Virus record (IMG/VR): IMGVR_UViG_3300021139_001059
From: an uncultured virus (IMG/VR IMGVR_UViG_3300021139_001059)
Lineage: Duplodnaviria > Heunggongvirae > Uroviricota > Caudoviricetes
DNA length: 20,000 nucleotides
Reading direction: 5' to 3' (one strand)
Shown here: positions 1 to 10,600 of the stretch, in pieces
How the letters are laid out: each line of letters starts with the position of its first letter
Numbering within the stretch: position 1 is the stretch's first letter
The notes under the pieces: generated by a model
Database searches by the model: none
Told to the model about the DNA's origin: nothing
Seen by the model: only the letters and a program-made list of their open reading frames with translations
Made by a program: the position numbers and the translations under genes

Positions 1-642
1 GTGAATAATCCTATTGGTTCTGCACTTGGAACTGCTGCTGATGCATTGGGTGCTGCGAGCGATGCAGCTTCGATCGTAGCTGGAGCAGCACGTGTCAGCA
101 GTCTAGTTAATAACGTGATGGGACAAGGATTAGGTTCTATTTCGACTGCTACTAATATTGCAGCAGGAGCATTGGGTGCTACTGGTTTAGCTAACATAGT
201 AAATGGTGGCATCGGTAATATAGTATCTGGCGGTCTTACTAAGATTTTAGGTGTAGATACATCAGGACTTCTTGGTGCAGTCGGTACTTTATTACCTAAT
301 ATGGCAGGCAATATCAACGGTGTACTAAACTCGCATCTTCCAAAGACTACATTAAATTCGGGTGCTATCAATGCTATGGCACAAGAACAAACAAAAGTTT
401 TAGCTTTGACTAAAGCAGCATCTGGCGCAGCTAAAAACATATTTGGACAAGCACAAGCTGAAGCGATAGCTGACTTAGCTGGAAAAGCTGCCGGTTTAGC
501 AGCACAAGTTGGTTCATTCAGAGCAGTAACACCTTTTGGTGACGTAGTACATTCGATCGCTGCTGGTGTAGCTGTCGCTGAAGTCGCTGGTTCAGCTATC
601 GGTTCTATATCACAGGGTATTGGTTCAATATTAAAGGGTTAA
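1..642 (+). CDS. 5'-truncated Ala/Gly-rich hypothetical virion-associated protein
   Basis: Open frame from the window edge to TAA at 640-642. Low-complexity A/G/S/L sequence lying immediately upstream of the spike gene. The GTG at position 1 is probably not the true start. Confidence 0.6.
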   Translation: MNNPIGSALGTAADALGAASDAASIVAGAARVSSLVNNVMGQGLGSISTATNIAAGALGATGLANIVNGGIGNIVSGGLTKILGVDTSGLLGAVGTLLPNMAGNINGVLNSHLPKTTLNSGAINAMAQEQTKVLALTKAASGAAKNIFGQAQAEAIADLAGKAAGLAAQVGSFRAVTPFGDVVHSIAAGVAVAEVAGSAIGSISQGIGSILKG

Positions 643-643
643 T

Positions 644-1363
644 ATGAAGAATCCATCAAATGATAGATTAGCAGATCATCCATCGGCACCGAGTCAGTAC
701 GGTGCACACGTCAGTACTAAAGTCGATGGTAGCTATGAGAAACATTCTATAGATCCTAATAATAGACATCGTATATTCGGTTTCTTTACAGCTCTTGGTA
801 ACTTCGTGTCTCATCTTATCGAAGGAGACGGACACGTCAATCATGGAACTGAAGCTGGTCATAAAGAATTTTCGGGAAGTAAGACTTCAACTACGACAGG
901 TCATCGTGACACTGGCACAGGTGGTGGCGAATCAAATAATACAAAAAATGGTGGTCAGTCTCAGAACGGTACAGACACGTCTCATGCAGGTGATGGTAAC
1001 CATCATGACTCTAAATCCGGATCACATAAGCAATATACTAAGGGTGGTGACGGTCACCATTCTATGGCAGGTGATCAGTCTTTTGTGGTCGAAGAAGGCG
1101 GTATTCATTACAATGTAGCTTCAAACTATACTATCACCGCTCAAAAGTCTATTCAGTTAGACTCTACTGGCGAACAGTCATACCATGTTGGAGGCAGTTG
1201 GGGTGTCACAGCACTAAACGGTACTATGTCACAGATCGCTTCAGGCACCATAAATATATCTTCGGATACGAGTATTACTTTAGCATGTGGTTCTTCGTCA
1301 ATTACAATAACACCAGATAGCATTACTATACAAGCAAGTGCTATTAACTTTAAAAAGTCTTAA
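644..1363 (+). CDS. Baseplate central spike, gp5 C-terminal beta-helix-like protein (no OB-fold or lysozyme domain in this ORF)
   Basis: G/S/T/H-rich beta-helix-like repeats and a VgrG/gp5-type ending (SITLACGSSSITITPDSITIQASAINF). It lies directly before the PAAR and gp25 genes. Confidence 0.7.
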   Translation: MKNPSNDRLADHPSAPSQYGAHVSTKVDGSYEKHSIDPNNRHRIFGFFTALGNFVSHLIEGDGHVNHGTEAGHKEFSGSKTSTTTGHRDTGTGGGESNNTKNGGQSQNGTDTSHAGDGNHHDSKSGSHKQYTKGGDGHHSMAGDQSFVVEEGGIHYNVASNYTITAQKSIQLDSTGEQSYHVGGSWGVTALNGTMSQIASGTINISSDTSITLACGSSSITITPDSITIQASAINFKKS

Positions 1364-1364
1364 A

Positions 1365-1652
1365 ATGGCAATAGCACATAGACAAGATGATTCTAGAGCG
1401 TGTGGTGCAACGACGATAGTAACTGGTCAAGATTTTGTCAAAGTAGACGGTAAATTATGGTCAGTCAACGGTGATCCCAATACTGACGGTGGTGGCGGTC
1501 TAATAACATCGCATGGATGGTTGACTATTGGTGGCAAAGGTATTATTGTAGTCGGTGATAGTGCTGCAGGAGATAGCTTATGCCCTATACCGGGTGGAGC
1601 ACACTGCAATCCTTCGGCTACTTCGGGTGATAGTCTAATCAACGTTTCTTAG
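1365..1652 (+). CDS. PAAR-domain spike tip protein (T4 gp5.4-like)
   Basis: AHRQDDSRACGATTIVTGQDFVKVDGK...VGD...HCNPSATSGD..INV is the typical PAAR pattern with Cys/His ligands. Start re-assigned to the ATG at 1365, one base after the upstream TAA. Confidence 0.85.
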   Translation: MAIAHRQDDSRACGATTIVTGQDFVKVDGKLWSVNGDPNTDGGGGLITSHGWLTIGGKGIIVVGDSAAGDSLCPIPGGAHCNPSATSGDSLINVS

Positions 1653-1660
1653 AGAGAGAT

Positions 1661-2083
1661 ATGGTAACAAGAGCAGACGCAATCACACAGAGTTATAAGA
1701 AAGTCGAGACATACTCGGACTTTTCAAATAACTTTACTAAACATCCTGTTACTAATGAATTGGTTCTTCTCAAAAATGAAGACTCAGTGCGTCAGGCTGT
1801 CAAAAATGTCATTCTTACTAGTATAAACGAGAGATATTTCAATCCGTTCTTTGGCTCTAATGTCAATAGAGTACTATTCGAAAACTTTGATCCTTTCGTA
1901 TTAGAAGATCTAAGAACATATATCAATTTGGCTTTGAATAACTTTGAACCTCGTGTTAAACTAGTTAATGTAACCATATTAGATAACTCTGACAAAAATG
2001 CGTTATCTATCAGCATCGTTTTCTCAATCATAAATAATCCAAACTTACAAAAAGTAAGTATCTTTCTAAAAAGAGTCAGGTAA
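1661..2083 (+). CDS. gp25: Baseplate wedge subunit / sheath initiator, gp25-like
   Basis: YSDF..HPVT..L..LKNEDSVRQAVKNVILT..NER.FNP.FGS.....LFE...FEPRV motifs, 140 aa, preceding gp6. Confidence 0.92.
   Translation: MVTRADAITQSYKKVETYSDFSNNFTKHPVTNELVLLKNEDSVRQAVKNVILTSINERYFNPFFGSNVNRVLFENFDPFVLEDLRTYINLALNNFEPRVKLVNVTILDNSDKNALSISIVFSIINNPNLQKVSIFLKRVR
2029..2036 (+). promoter_or_regulatory. Possible variant late promoter upstream of gp6
   Basis: CATAAATA (1 mismatch to consensus) about 47 nt before the gp6 start. The same octamer occurs at 1249-1256 and 7485-7492, each near the end of a gene. Confidence 0.35.
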
Positions 2084-3912
2084 TGGCATCAAATTCAAAC
2101 ATTTCATTAGCTTCGTTAGACTTCGATACACTTAAGTCGCAGTTTAAGAGCTATTTGACTAATCAATCAGTCTTTAAAGACTATAATTTTGATGGGTCAA
2201 ATATGGCAGTCTTGCTTGATGTTATGACTTATAACTCTTATCTTAATTCGTTCTACCTTAATATGGTAGCTTCAGAAATGTTTCTTGACTCTGCTCAACT
2301 ATACAATTCTGTAGTATCACATGCAAAAGAATTGAATTATGTACCACTGTCAGCCAAGTCTTCTGTAGCTAACGTTACTTTTACTGCAGCAACTACTGGT
2401 ATCAACTCACCGTTTTCAATTCCTAAGGGTACCACATTTACTGGTACAAATTCAAACGGTCAGTATACTTTTACGACTAACCAACTTCAGACTTTTCCTT
2501 CTGGTAATTCTACGTTTACTATATCTGACTTAAATCTATATGAGGGCACATATTATACAGATTCATTTGTCGTAGATTATACTAAAGAATCTCAAAGATT
2601 CGTTTTAACTAATTTGAATATCGATACTGACAGTATCACTGTAGTAGTAAATGAGAGTGGAACTAATACTACGTTTACACAAGTCGATACGTTGTTTGGA
2701 TTAGATAGCACATCTAATATCTATTTCTTACAGGGTGCACAAAATAATCAATATGAAATAGTTTTCGGCGATGGCTTTTTTGGCCGTATTCCTAATAATC
2801 TTTCTGTCGTGTCAGTTAACTATAGAGTGACGCATGGTACAGATGCCGACGGTATCTCTACATTTTTATGTACGACTAATCTAGGATTGACAAATGGTGG
2901 TGCAGCTACGCTGTCTACTATTACTTCGGATACACCTTCATCCGGTGGTGCTAATGCTCAATCTATAGATTCTATCAGATTTTCTGCACCAAGATATTTT
3001 GCTACTCAGCAACGCGCTGTAGCATCAGACGACTATTCATCGCTTGTTCTAAAACAATACGGTGGACAACTAGACGACGTTAGCGTATATGGTGGTGAAA
3101 CTTTAGAGCCCAAACAATACGGAAGAGTAGTCGTATGTTTGAAGCCATCGGGTGGTACTATTGCTCCTGACTATTTAAAGAGTCAAGTATCAAATTATCT
3201 CTCTAGCTATATTTCATTACCAACACGTGTTATCATTTCTGATCCTCAATATCTTTATCTTGGTATCAATACGATAGTTCAATACGATCCAACAGCTACA
3301 AAAAAATTGGTATCAGAATTAGAAGGCAATCTTCTAAATACTATCGTTTCTTATGGTAGTACAAACTTAGGTAAGTTCGCTGCTGATTTTAGATATAGTC
3401 GATTCGTTGCTGCTGTAGATGGTACAGACTCAAGCTTTGTAAGTAATAATACAGAAGTTAATATAATCAAGAGAATTTCACCTCTCTTAAATTATCCGTC
3501 TACTTTTGTCATAGATTATAATAATCCAGCTGATGTTGAATCAGCATCTCCCGGTTATGTTCCTAATAGTATTTCATTAGGTGATGAACCAGTATTAACT
3601 TCTTCAGCGTTTACATTCGTAGGATCAGACGGTACAAATTATCCATATTCTTATCTAAGAGATGATAATACAGGAAATGTTCTAGTCTATTCTGTGATCA
3701 ACGATGCATTTACTGTGTTACAAAGTAATATCGGAACTATCGATTATACTACAGGGATGGTTACTATCAATTCATTGACTACTTCATATTATGGTGATTA
3801 TATTTCACTCTACATGAGTCCACTCAATAAAGACGTTATCATAAATCAACAAAAAATACTTTTAATAGACGTAAATGATGTGTCTGTCAATGTTATAACA
3901 CAGATGAAGTAA
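2083..3912 (+). CDS. gp6: Baseplate wedge subunit gp6
   Basis: LDFDTLK..F...L.....FKDYNFDGSN...LLD...YN.Y...FY.NM...EMFLDSA....SVVSHAK.L.Y.P; YEIVFGDG..G; QQRAV...DY. The start overlaps the gp25 stop (TAATG). Confidence 0.95.
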   Translation: MASNSNISLASLDFDTLKSQFKSYLTNQSVFKDYNFDGSNMAVLLDVMTYNSYLNSFYLNMVASEMFLDSAQLYNSVVSHAKELNYVPLSAKSSVANVTFTAATTGINSPFSIPKGTTFTGTNSNGQYTFTTNQLQTFPSGNSTFTISDLNLYEGTYYTDSFVVDYTKESQRFVLTNLNIDTDSITVVVNESGTNTTFTQVDTLFGLDSTSNIYFLQGAQNNQYEIVFGDGFFGRIPNNLSVVSVNYRVTHGTDADGISTFLCTTNLGLTNGGAATLSTITSDTPSSGGANAQSIDSIRFSAPRYFATQQRAVASDDYSSLVLKQYGGQLDDVSVYGGETLEPKQYGRVVVCLKPSGGTIAPDYLKSQVSNYLSSYISLPTRVIISDPQYLYLGINTIVQYDPTATKKLVSELEGNLLNTIVSYGSTNLGKFAADFRYSRFVAAVDGTDSSFVSNNTEVNIIKRISPLLNYPSTFVIDYNNPADVESASPGYVPNSISLGDEPVLTSSAFTFVGSDGTNYPYSYLRDDNTGNVLVYSVINDAFTVLQSNIGTIDYTTGMVTINSLTTSYYGDYISLYMSPLNKDVIINQQKILLIDVNDVSVNVITQMK

Positions 3913-3913
3913 G

Positions 3914-6055
3914 ATGCAGTTTTCTATAGAAAAAAAGATTTCAAACTTTGTAGAATCGCAGTTTCCTCAGTTTTATCTAGATGAGGGACCTAACTTTGTC
4001 TTATTCGTAAAAGCTTATTATGAATGGTTAGAGTCTCAGGGTTCACCTATCGGTGAAGCAAGAAATATATTTGACTATCGTGACATCGATAATACATTAG
4101 ATGATTTTCTTTCTCATTTTCAACAGAAATATCTTTACGGAATTCCATTCAAAACTATCGCCAATCCACGATTCCTTTTGAAGCATATTCTCGATGTGTA
4201 TCGTTCTAAGGGTTCTATTCAGTGTTATAAACTGCTGTTTAGATTGATCTACGATCAGGACATCGATGTTTATCTTCCGGGTGAAGATATTCTTAAAGCT
4301 TCTGATGGTACTTGGATTCAACCACAATACTTAGAAGTGACTAATGTTCCTTTAGCGCAGAGTCTTGTAGGAAAAAACATTTTAGGTGTTTCTTCAGGAA
4401 CTACTGCAGTAGTCGAAAGCTATATCGTTGAACCTATCGCTTCAAACGAAATCGTTACCCTTTATATTTCAAACATACTGCCTAGAGGTGGTACTTTTAA
4501 TGAGGGTGAAAAGATCGTTGAAGTAGGTCAACAATCAAACACTGCATATATTCAGAATGCTCCTTCTATTAGAGGATCATTAAATGAATTGACTATTCTT
4601 AATGGTGGACAGGCTTTCAATGTCGGCGATATTCTTAAAATAGCTCATAGAGATATTGTAACTAATGGTATCACTTCGTATGGTGTTGATGGTCTACTAA
4701 GAGTAACAAATACATCATCTGCTCAGGGTTCATTGAATTTTGACATTCAAAACGGTGGTTTTGGTTTTAATTCCAACGCTTTAGTTTTTATCTATAACGG
4801 AACGGGTGATATTACTGGTTCTGGTGGTAGCTTTAACCTCGGTGGATTTTCCTACGTTCAAAACGTAATCTACAACACCGATATTATATCTGATTATGTA
4901 AACACATCTATCAATGCATTAGCTTATGGATTTCCGGGTGATACTGATGCAAACAGTGCTGATCCGATCTCAGATTTCTTTTCGTATGCAAATCAAAACT
5001 TTGGTACACTAGCATCTTTGACTAATATCAGCACTGGTAACGGTTACACACAACAGCCTTACATCTTTATTAGAAATATAGAATCAACTAATCAACATTT
5101 TACTAACGTTGCTTATTCTACTTCTTCTAATACGATTACAGGAACGAGTACTTATTTTACTGACTTGTTTCAAGCAAATGACGTGATCTATATGCAAGCT
5201 AATAGCTCAGGATCATCACTTGAATATCAAATCATCAAAAGCGTTAACAGTGATACATCTATTACTCTATACGGTCCACCTAAGTTCACGGGTAATATAG
5301 CTTCAGGAGCATTCGTAAAGACAGCACCAACGATAATGCCGTCTAACTTTGCAGTCTACGAACCCTTAATGTCTAGAACAGACGGAACGATCGACGGTTT
5401 AAATGCAACAGTCTTGGCTTCTCCGTCATCCGGTTCTGGTGTTGTTTCTAAAGCAGTAGCTATCAATTCTGGTAAGGGTTATCAGGACGGTGAAATAGTT
5501 AAAGCATATTTGTATGGTGGTTTGACAACACCCGGCATCATTAACGGTGGTACAAACTATTCAAACAACGATGTTTTGATCTTTCAGGGCGGTGGTACTA
5601 ATGCACCGGCTAGTGGATATGTCACTACTAATACTACGGGTGGTATCACTTCTGTAATTCTCAATTATAGTGGTTCAGGATATATAGATGTTCCAGCTGT
5701 AAGAGTAAATTCAAAAACTGGATCTGGTGCAGTATTATATACGACGATCACTGATCTTAATACGTATTCTGCAGTATCGGGTAAAGTTCAAAAAGCCGGT
5801 GTAGGTAAAAAACAAGGTTATTGGTCTACATCTAGAGGCTTCTTAAACTCAGATAAATATATCCAAGACAGTTATTTTTATCAAGATTTTTCATATCAAA
5901 TCAAAGTTGCACAAACTTTGGATTCCTATAAAGACATTCTTTATAATACTTTCCATACGTCTGGTGCAGAATTATTTGGTCAATATGCAGCGATAATCGA
6001 TGAATCATCGCCCATATCAATCTTATATGAACAATCTTCTGCTAGCTTAAGTTAA
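3914..6055 (+). CDS. Baseplate wedge initiator, gp7-like
   Basis: N-terminal QFP.F......FV.F.KAYYEWLE...RDID.T...F...Y.SKGS.....LFRL.Y and C-terminal IQDSYFYQDFSYQIK......Y......H.SG..LFG. Repeated NGG.GY motifs. Lies between gp6 and gp8. Confidence 0.8.
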   Translation: MQFSIEKKISNFVESQFPQFYLDEGPNFVLFVKAYYEWLESQGSPIGEARNIFDYRDIDNTLDDFLSHFQQKYLYGIPFKTIANPRFLLKHILDVYRSKGSIQCYKLLFRLIYDQDIDVYLPGEDILKASDGTWIQPQYLEVTNVPLAQSLVGKNILGVSSGTTAVVESYIVEPIASNEIVTLYISNILPRGGTFNEGEKIVEVGQQSNTAYIQNAPSIRGSLNELTILNGGQAFNVGDILKIAHRDIVTNGITSYGVDGLLRVTNTSSAQGSLNFDIQNGGFGFNSNALVFIYNGTGDITGSGGSFNLGGFSYVQNVIYNTDIISDYVNTSINALAYGFPGDTDANSADPISDFFSYANQNFGTLASLTNISTGNGYTQQPYIFIRNIESTNQHFTNVAYSTSSNTITGTSTYFTDLFQANDVIYMQANSSGSSLEYQIIKSVNSDTSITLYGPPKFTGNIASGAFVKTAPTIMPSNFAVYEPLMSRTDGTIDGLNATVLASPSSGSGVVSKAVAINSGKGYQDGEIVKAYLYGGLTTPGIINGGTNYSNNDVLIFQGGGTNAPASGYVTTNTTGGITSVILNYSGSGYIDVPAVRVNSKTGSGAVLYTTITDLNTYSAVSGKVQKAGVGKKQGYWSTSRGFLNSDKYIQDSYFYQDFSYQIKVAQTLDSYKDILYNTFHTSGAELFGQYAAIIDESSPISILYEQSSASLS

Positions 6056-6063
6056 GGAATAAG

Positions 6064-7605
6064 ATGGGTAAGCTATTAACAGGTTACAAGAAAGCAGTGT
6101 ATGATGAGATTATCAATAGCATCTCGTCTAATGCTTCTAATTATTATGCTTTCGCCGCTAATCCAGTTACTTATGGTGGTAATATGCCAGTCGTTACTTC
6201 AGACGACTATCATGCAGAATTTTTAGATAACTGGGAACTACTGTTTGGTAAAAAACTCTCAAACACTAATATTTTACCGGTTATTAAAAACATAGCTTGG
6301 TCACCCAACACCGTTTATACTAGATATGACAATACGACAGATCTGTCAAATAGTAACTTTTATGTCATTACACCACCATCAATTCCTGGTGGCTATTATA
6401 ATGTTTATAAGTGCATAGACAACAACGGAAATACCGCTACCGGTAACGTTTCATCAATACCTACACAAGTACAAACCGGTTCGTTTCATACTCCCGGTGA
6501 TAACTATCTTTGGAAATATATTACATCTATCAGTACAGCAAACTATAACAAATTTGCTGCGTCTGGATACGTTCCAATCTATGCTAATACAGTAGTTGCT
6601 TCTTCGGCTGCAAACAATTCTGGTGTTGAAGTCGTAGCACTAACTAGTGGAGGCACTGGATATAAGAGCTACGGAAACGGATATGTTAGAGGCGTTACTA
6701 ATTCTACTTTGATTCAGATCGAATCTTTTGCTTCTAGTGACAACGACTTCTATACTAAAAATGGCATTTGGCTTTATAATACAAATGCTACAAATCCGGG
6801 TGTATTTACTGTATCAAAATATGTGTCTAATACTTCTGGTAATTGGGTATATTTAGATCAATCAGCAGATACACAGCTTATCGTACCAACACAAACACAA
6901 TACGTGATTTCACCAAAAGTAGTGTTTCAAACTGATGGTACTTCTGATCCTATAGCTATTACGTCTGTTAATACTCAAACTAATAGTATAAGCAGCGTTA
7001 TTATGTTGGATAACGGAACTGCTATTTCTTGGGCTAATGTACAGATTGTAAGTAATACTAACTATGGAACTGGTGCAAATGCTTATGCAATCGTGCCACC
7101 TCCTGGCGGTCATGGTAGCTCACCGGCCGAAGAATTATACATGCAAGGCATGTCGGTCGCTTTTACTTTTGCAAACAGCGAAACAAATGGCATTCCAACT
7201 AATGTTCTGTATAATAAAATTGGTCTTCTAAAGAATCCATATCAGTTAAATGCCAACGGCACAAAAAGTTCGACATCATTTACCAATACTACTTTCAGTG
7301 CCGTTCTCAGAGCGACTGTGACATCTGGTAATACTATGACAGTAGGAACTCAGGTGGTAGGTCAGACAACGACAGCTTTGGGAACAGTGGCATTTGCTAA
7401 CTCCTCAACAGTCTATCTGACAGGTGATAAATACTTTACTAATGAGACTATTATTGGTTCTGACGGTAAATCTGCACAAATTACCATAAATACAAATGGA
7501 GATGTCTATCCAAAAGATCTCCGTTCGATATATGTCCAAAATATCTCAGATGTCAATCGCGCTAATACTCAGTCAGAGTCTTTCAAATTGATCATTCAGG
7601 TCTAA
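6064..7605 (+). CDS. Baseplate wedge subunit, gp8-like (with internal insertions)
   Basis: W....VY..YD......FYV......VYKCIDN..; D.Y.WKY...I; PP.GHG..P..EL; IGLLKNP; C-terminal R...Q.E.FKLIIQ. Syntenic position matches gp8. Confidence 0.82.
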   Translation: MGKLLTGYKKAVYDEIINSISSNASNYYAFAANPVTYGGNMPVVTSDDYHAEFLDNWELLFGKKLSNTNILPVIKNIAWSPNTVYTRYDNTTDLSNSNFYVITPPSIPGGYYNVYKCIDNNGNTATGNVSSIPTQVQTGSFHTPGDNYLWKYITSISTANYNKFAASGYVPIYANTVVASSAANNSGVEVVALTSGGTGYKSYGNGYVRGVTNSTLIQIESFASSDNDFYTKNGIWLYNTNATNPGVFTVSKYVSNTSGNWVYLDQSADTQLIVPTQTQYVISPKVVFQTDGTSDPIAITSVNTQTNSISSVIMLDNGTAISWANVQIVSNTNYGTGANAYAIVPPPGGHGSSPAEELYMQGMSVAFTFANSETNGIPTNVLYNKIGLLKNPYQLNANGTKSSTSFTNTTFSAVLRATVTSGNTMTVGTQVVGQTTTALGTVAFANSSTVYLTGDKYFTNETIIGSDGKSAQITINTNGDVYPKDLRSIYVQNISDVNRANTQSESFKLIIQV

Positions 7606-7617
7606 CAGGAATAAGAG

Positions 7618-10600
7618 ATGCCTTTATCTACTAATCTTAATGTTTCCCCATACTATGATGACTATGACGCAAATAATCAGTACTATCGTATCCTGTTTCG
7701 TCCCGGTACAGCCGTTCAAGCGCGTGAATTAACACAAATACAGTCTATAATTCAAAATCAGATTGAAAGCTTTGGTAACTGGGCTTTTCAAAACGGCGAT
7801 GTAGTTTCTGGTTGCTCTATCTCTGATGTTCCTCAGCAGCCTTTCGTTTATCTAGCAGACGCACAGACTAATAGTGCTTCGATAAATCTTTCTAATCTTG
7901 TTAATACTCAACTCGTCAGTGTTTCTTCTAACTTACAAGCCCGTGTTATTGCAACAAATCAGGGTCTTGCTGCAAACTATCCTAATACCAACATTCTCTA
8001 TATCAAGTATTTGAATACTGGTACAAGCGGACAGACTATATTTTCACCGAATGAAACGCTCGACATCTATAACATTCCAGCAAATGGCATTATTGCTACT
8101 ATCAACACTTTCTCTAATAGTGCTGGTCAAGTAGCAACCGGTAATGCGCACGGTATTACTGTGTCTGAAGGTGTTGTATACTTAAGTGGTGAATTTGTTA
8201 AAGTTCTGAACCCAACATTCGGTATCGTAAATGCTTATGGAACACAAGCTGGTAATAGTGTTGTCGGTTTCCAACTCGTAGAATCTATCGTTACTGAAAA
8301 TCAAGATCCTTCACTTCTTGATAATGCTCTTGGTTATTCTAATGAAAATGCACCTGGTGCTCATCGACTAAAATTGATTCCAACACTTGTTGCACTTGAT
8401 CCTGAAACAGCTAGTGCAACTTCAGGCTTTAATCCAATTGCAAAATATAGTTTTGGTTCTCTTGTAAGTAAAACACAGGCTACATCAAATCTTTATTCTA
8501 TCGTAGGCGATGCGATAGCTCAACGTATTTACGAAGAAGCAGGTAACTATGTAGTGAATCCATTTGTCGTGGACACTATCAGCACATTACCTTCTGTAAC
8601 AACAATCAATTCTAATGCAGTATTGGGTCGTGTAAGTCCGGGTGTAGGTTATGCTGAGGGTTCACGTGTAGAACTACTTAAGACTGCATATATTCCTATT
8701 CGTCGTGGTGTAGACACACAAGTCTATAAACAAGCACAGATCACTTTTAACTATGGTGGATATTATACACTAAACGAAGTGTCTGGTACATTCCCATTTA
8801 CGACAGCACAGTCTGTCGATTTGTATAATACTGCACAGGGATCTGTAACTAATAGAACATTTGGTCTTACATCACCTTCTGGTACAAAGATCGGTAATGC
8901 ACAGATTCGCTGCTTTAGTTTTAACGGCGGTAATCCTGGCACAAATACTGCTTCATATAACTTACATCTTTTCAATATAAAATTAGCAAACGGCTATAAT
9001 ACTGACCAAGTAAAATCAGTTTATTATGGTGGCACAACACCTGGTGTCGGTGACGTTACATCTAATGGATTAGTTTCAGCTTCGACTAAAGATCAACTAT
9101 ATACGTTTGGTACATCAGGTCTTAAAAATCTTAGAGACGCTGCAAACAATAATAATACAGAATATGTCTATAGAACAGTAAACACATCTGCTACTATGTT
9201 AGCTAACGGATACACATCTGTTACATTAGCTGCTTCAGCAACTGGTGGTGTTGATATTCTGCCTTATGGCAATACGGGTTCTGTACCGTTGAATTCACAA
9301 GACGGTGCAACATTTATTCTGATCGCACAAGCTAATAGTCAAACTACATCTCTACCGGGCACAGTAGCAGTTACTACTACTGCAAATACTGTGACGGGTA
9401 CAGGAACATATTTTACTAATAATTTTTCTGTCGGCAACATCTTAAAAGTCGGTACTGAAAATCGTATCGTGACTTCAATATCAAATAACACTTATTTGTC
9501 AATCGATGTACCGTTTTCTGTCGCTAATGCTTCTGCGAACTACTATGAATTCTTACCACAAGGTAAGATCATTCCGATCTATGAAACTGGTGGCACTGGA
9601 CAAAACGGTGTCTATATTACAAACTCTACAAACTTCTCTATTCATACAAACTTCACTCTATCTGGTACAACACCAGTGACTGTCATGTATGACGTGCTGA
9701 GAACTAGTGTTGTTCCAGCTTCAAAAGTTATTAAAAAAGATCGTTTCGTAAAGATTCAAGCTAATACTAACGGTCAACCTCTTGGTCCATATTGCCTTGG
9801 ATACAGTGATGTTCATCAAGTAAAGAAGATCTATGGTTCTGCTGATGGATCTTATACGACATCGGGTGTCGATCTGACTTCAGCTTTTAGTTTTGATCCG
9901 GGTCAAAAAGATACACACTACGGTTATGGATACATCTATCCAACTGGTGCATACAATCCTACTGCTTATCCCTATCTTCTTGTTCAGTTAGATTATTTTG
10001 CAGCAAACACGTCTGCGGGTTCTGGCTTCTTTACAGTAGAATCCTATCCGATCGATGATGCTAATACTGCTAATACAAATGCTATCCAGACAAGAAACAT
10101 TCCACTTTATGTGGATGAAAGTGGTACGAACCGTTGGTTAAGAGACTACATCGACTTCCGTATTCCTTCTGTGCCTACAGCAAACGATACGGGTGTATGT
10201 AATACGTCTAATGCTACTTCGGTGACTACAGCAATTAGCTATGCTTCTGTCAATCCTTCAAATTCAGTCAACTTAAGTATTCCTGCTGGTGGTCTTAATA
10301 CACCTTCTTATGGAAGAAACTTCCAAGCTGACTATACGACATATCTACCAAGAAAAGACTTGGTGTTGATTACACCAGATACGACTCTTAAAATAAAAGA
10401 GGGTCTTTCGTCTCAGTCACCTCAGACGCCGTTGTATCCTGACAATGCGATGGCTTTGGCGGTCGTTAACATTCCTCCATATCCTTCATTAGCATCAGAT
10501 GAAGTAGATGCGGATCGTATTACTAATCAGAATTCTATTTCATTGATTCGTGATACTTCTACTGCGATGAGTGTAAGCATCGTCACAAATCGTCGTTATA

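Noticed and set aside
1..7605. Bacterial T6SS or extracellular contractile injection system (PAAR, VgrG-like, gp25/TssE-like genes)
   Set aside because: T4-type gp6/gp7/gp8, VrlC, gp37-like fibres and a TATAAATA late promoter all point to a T4-like phage.
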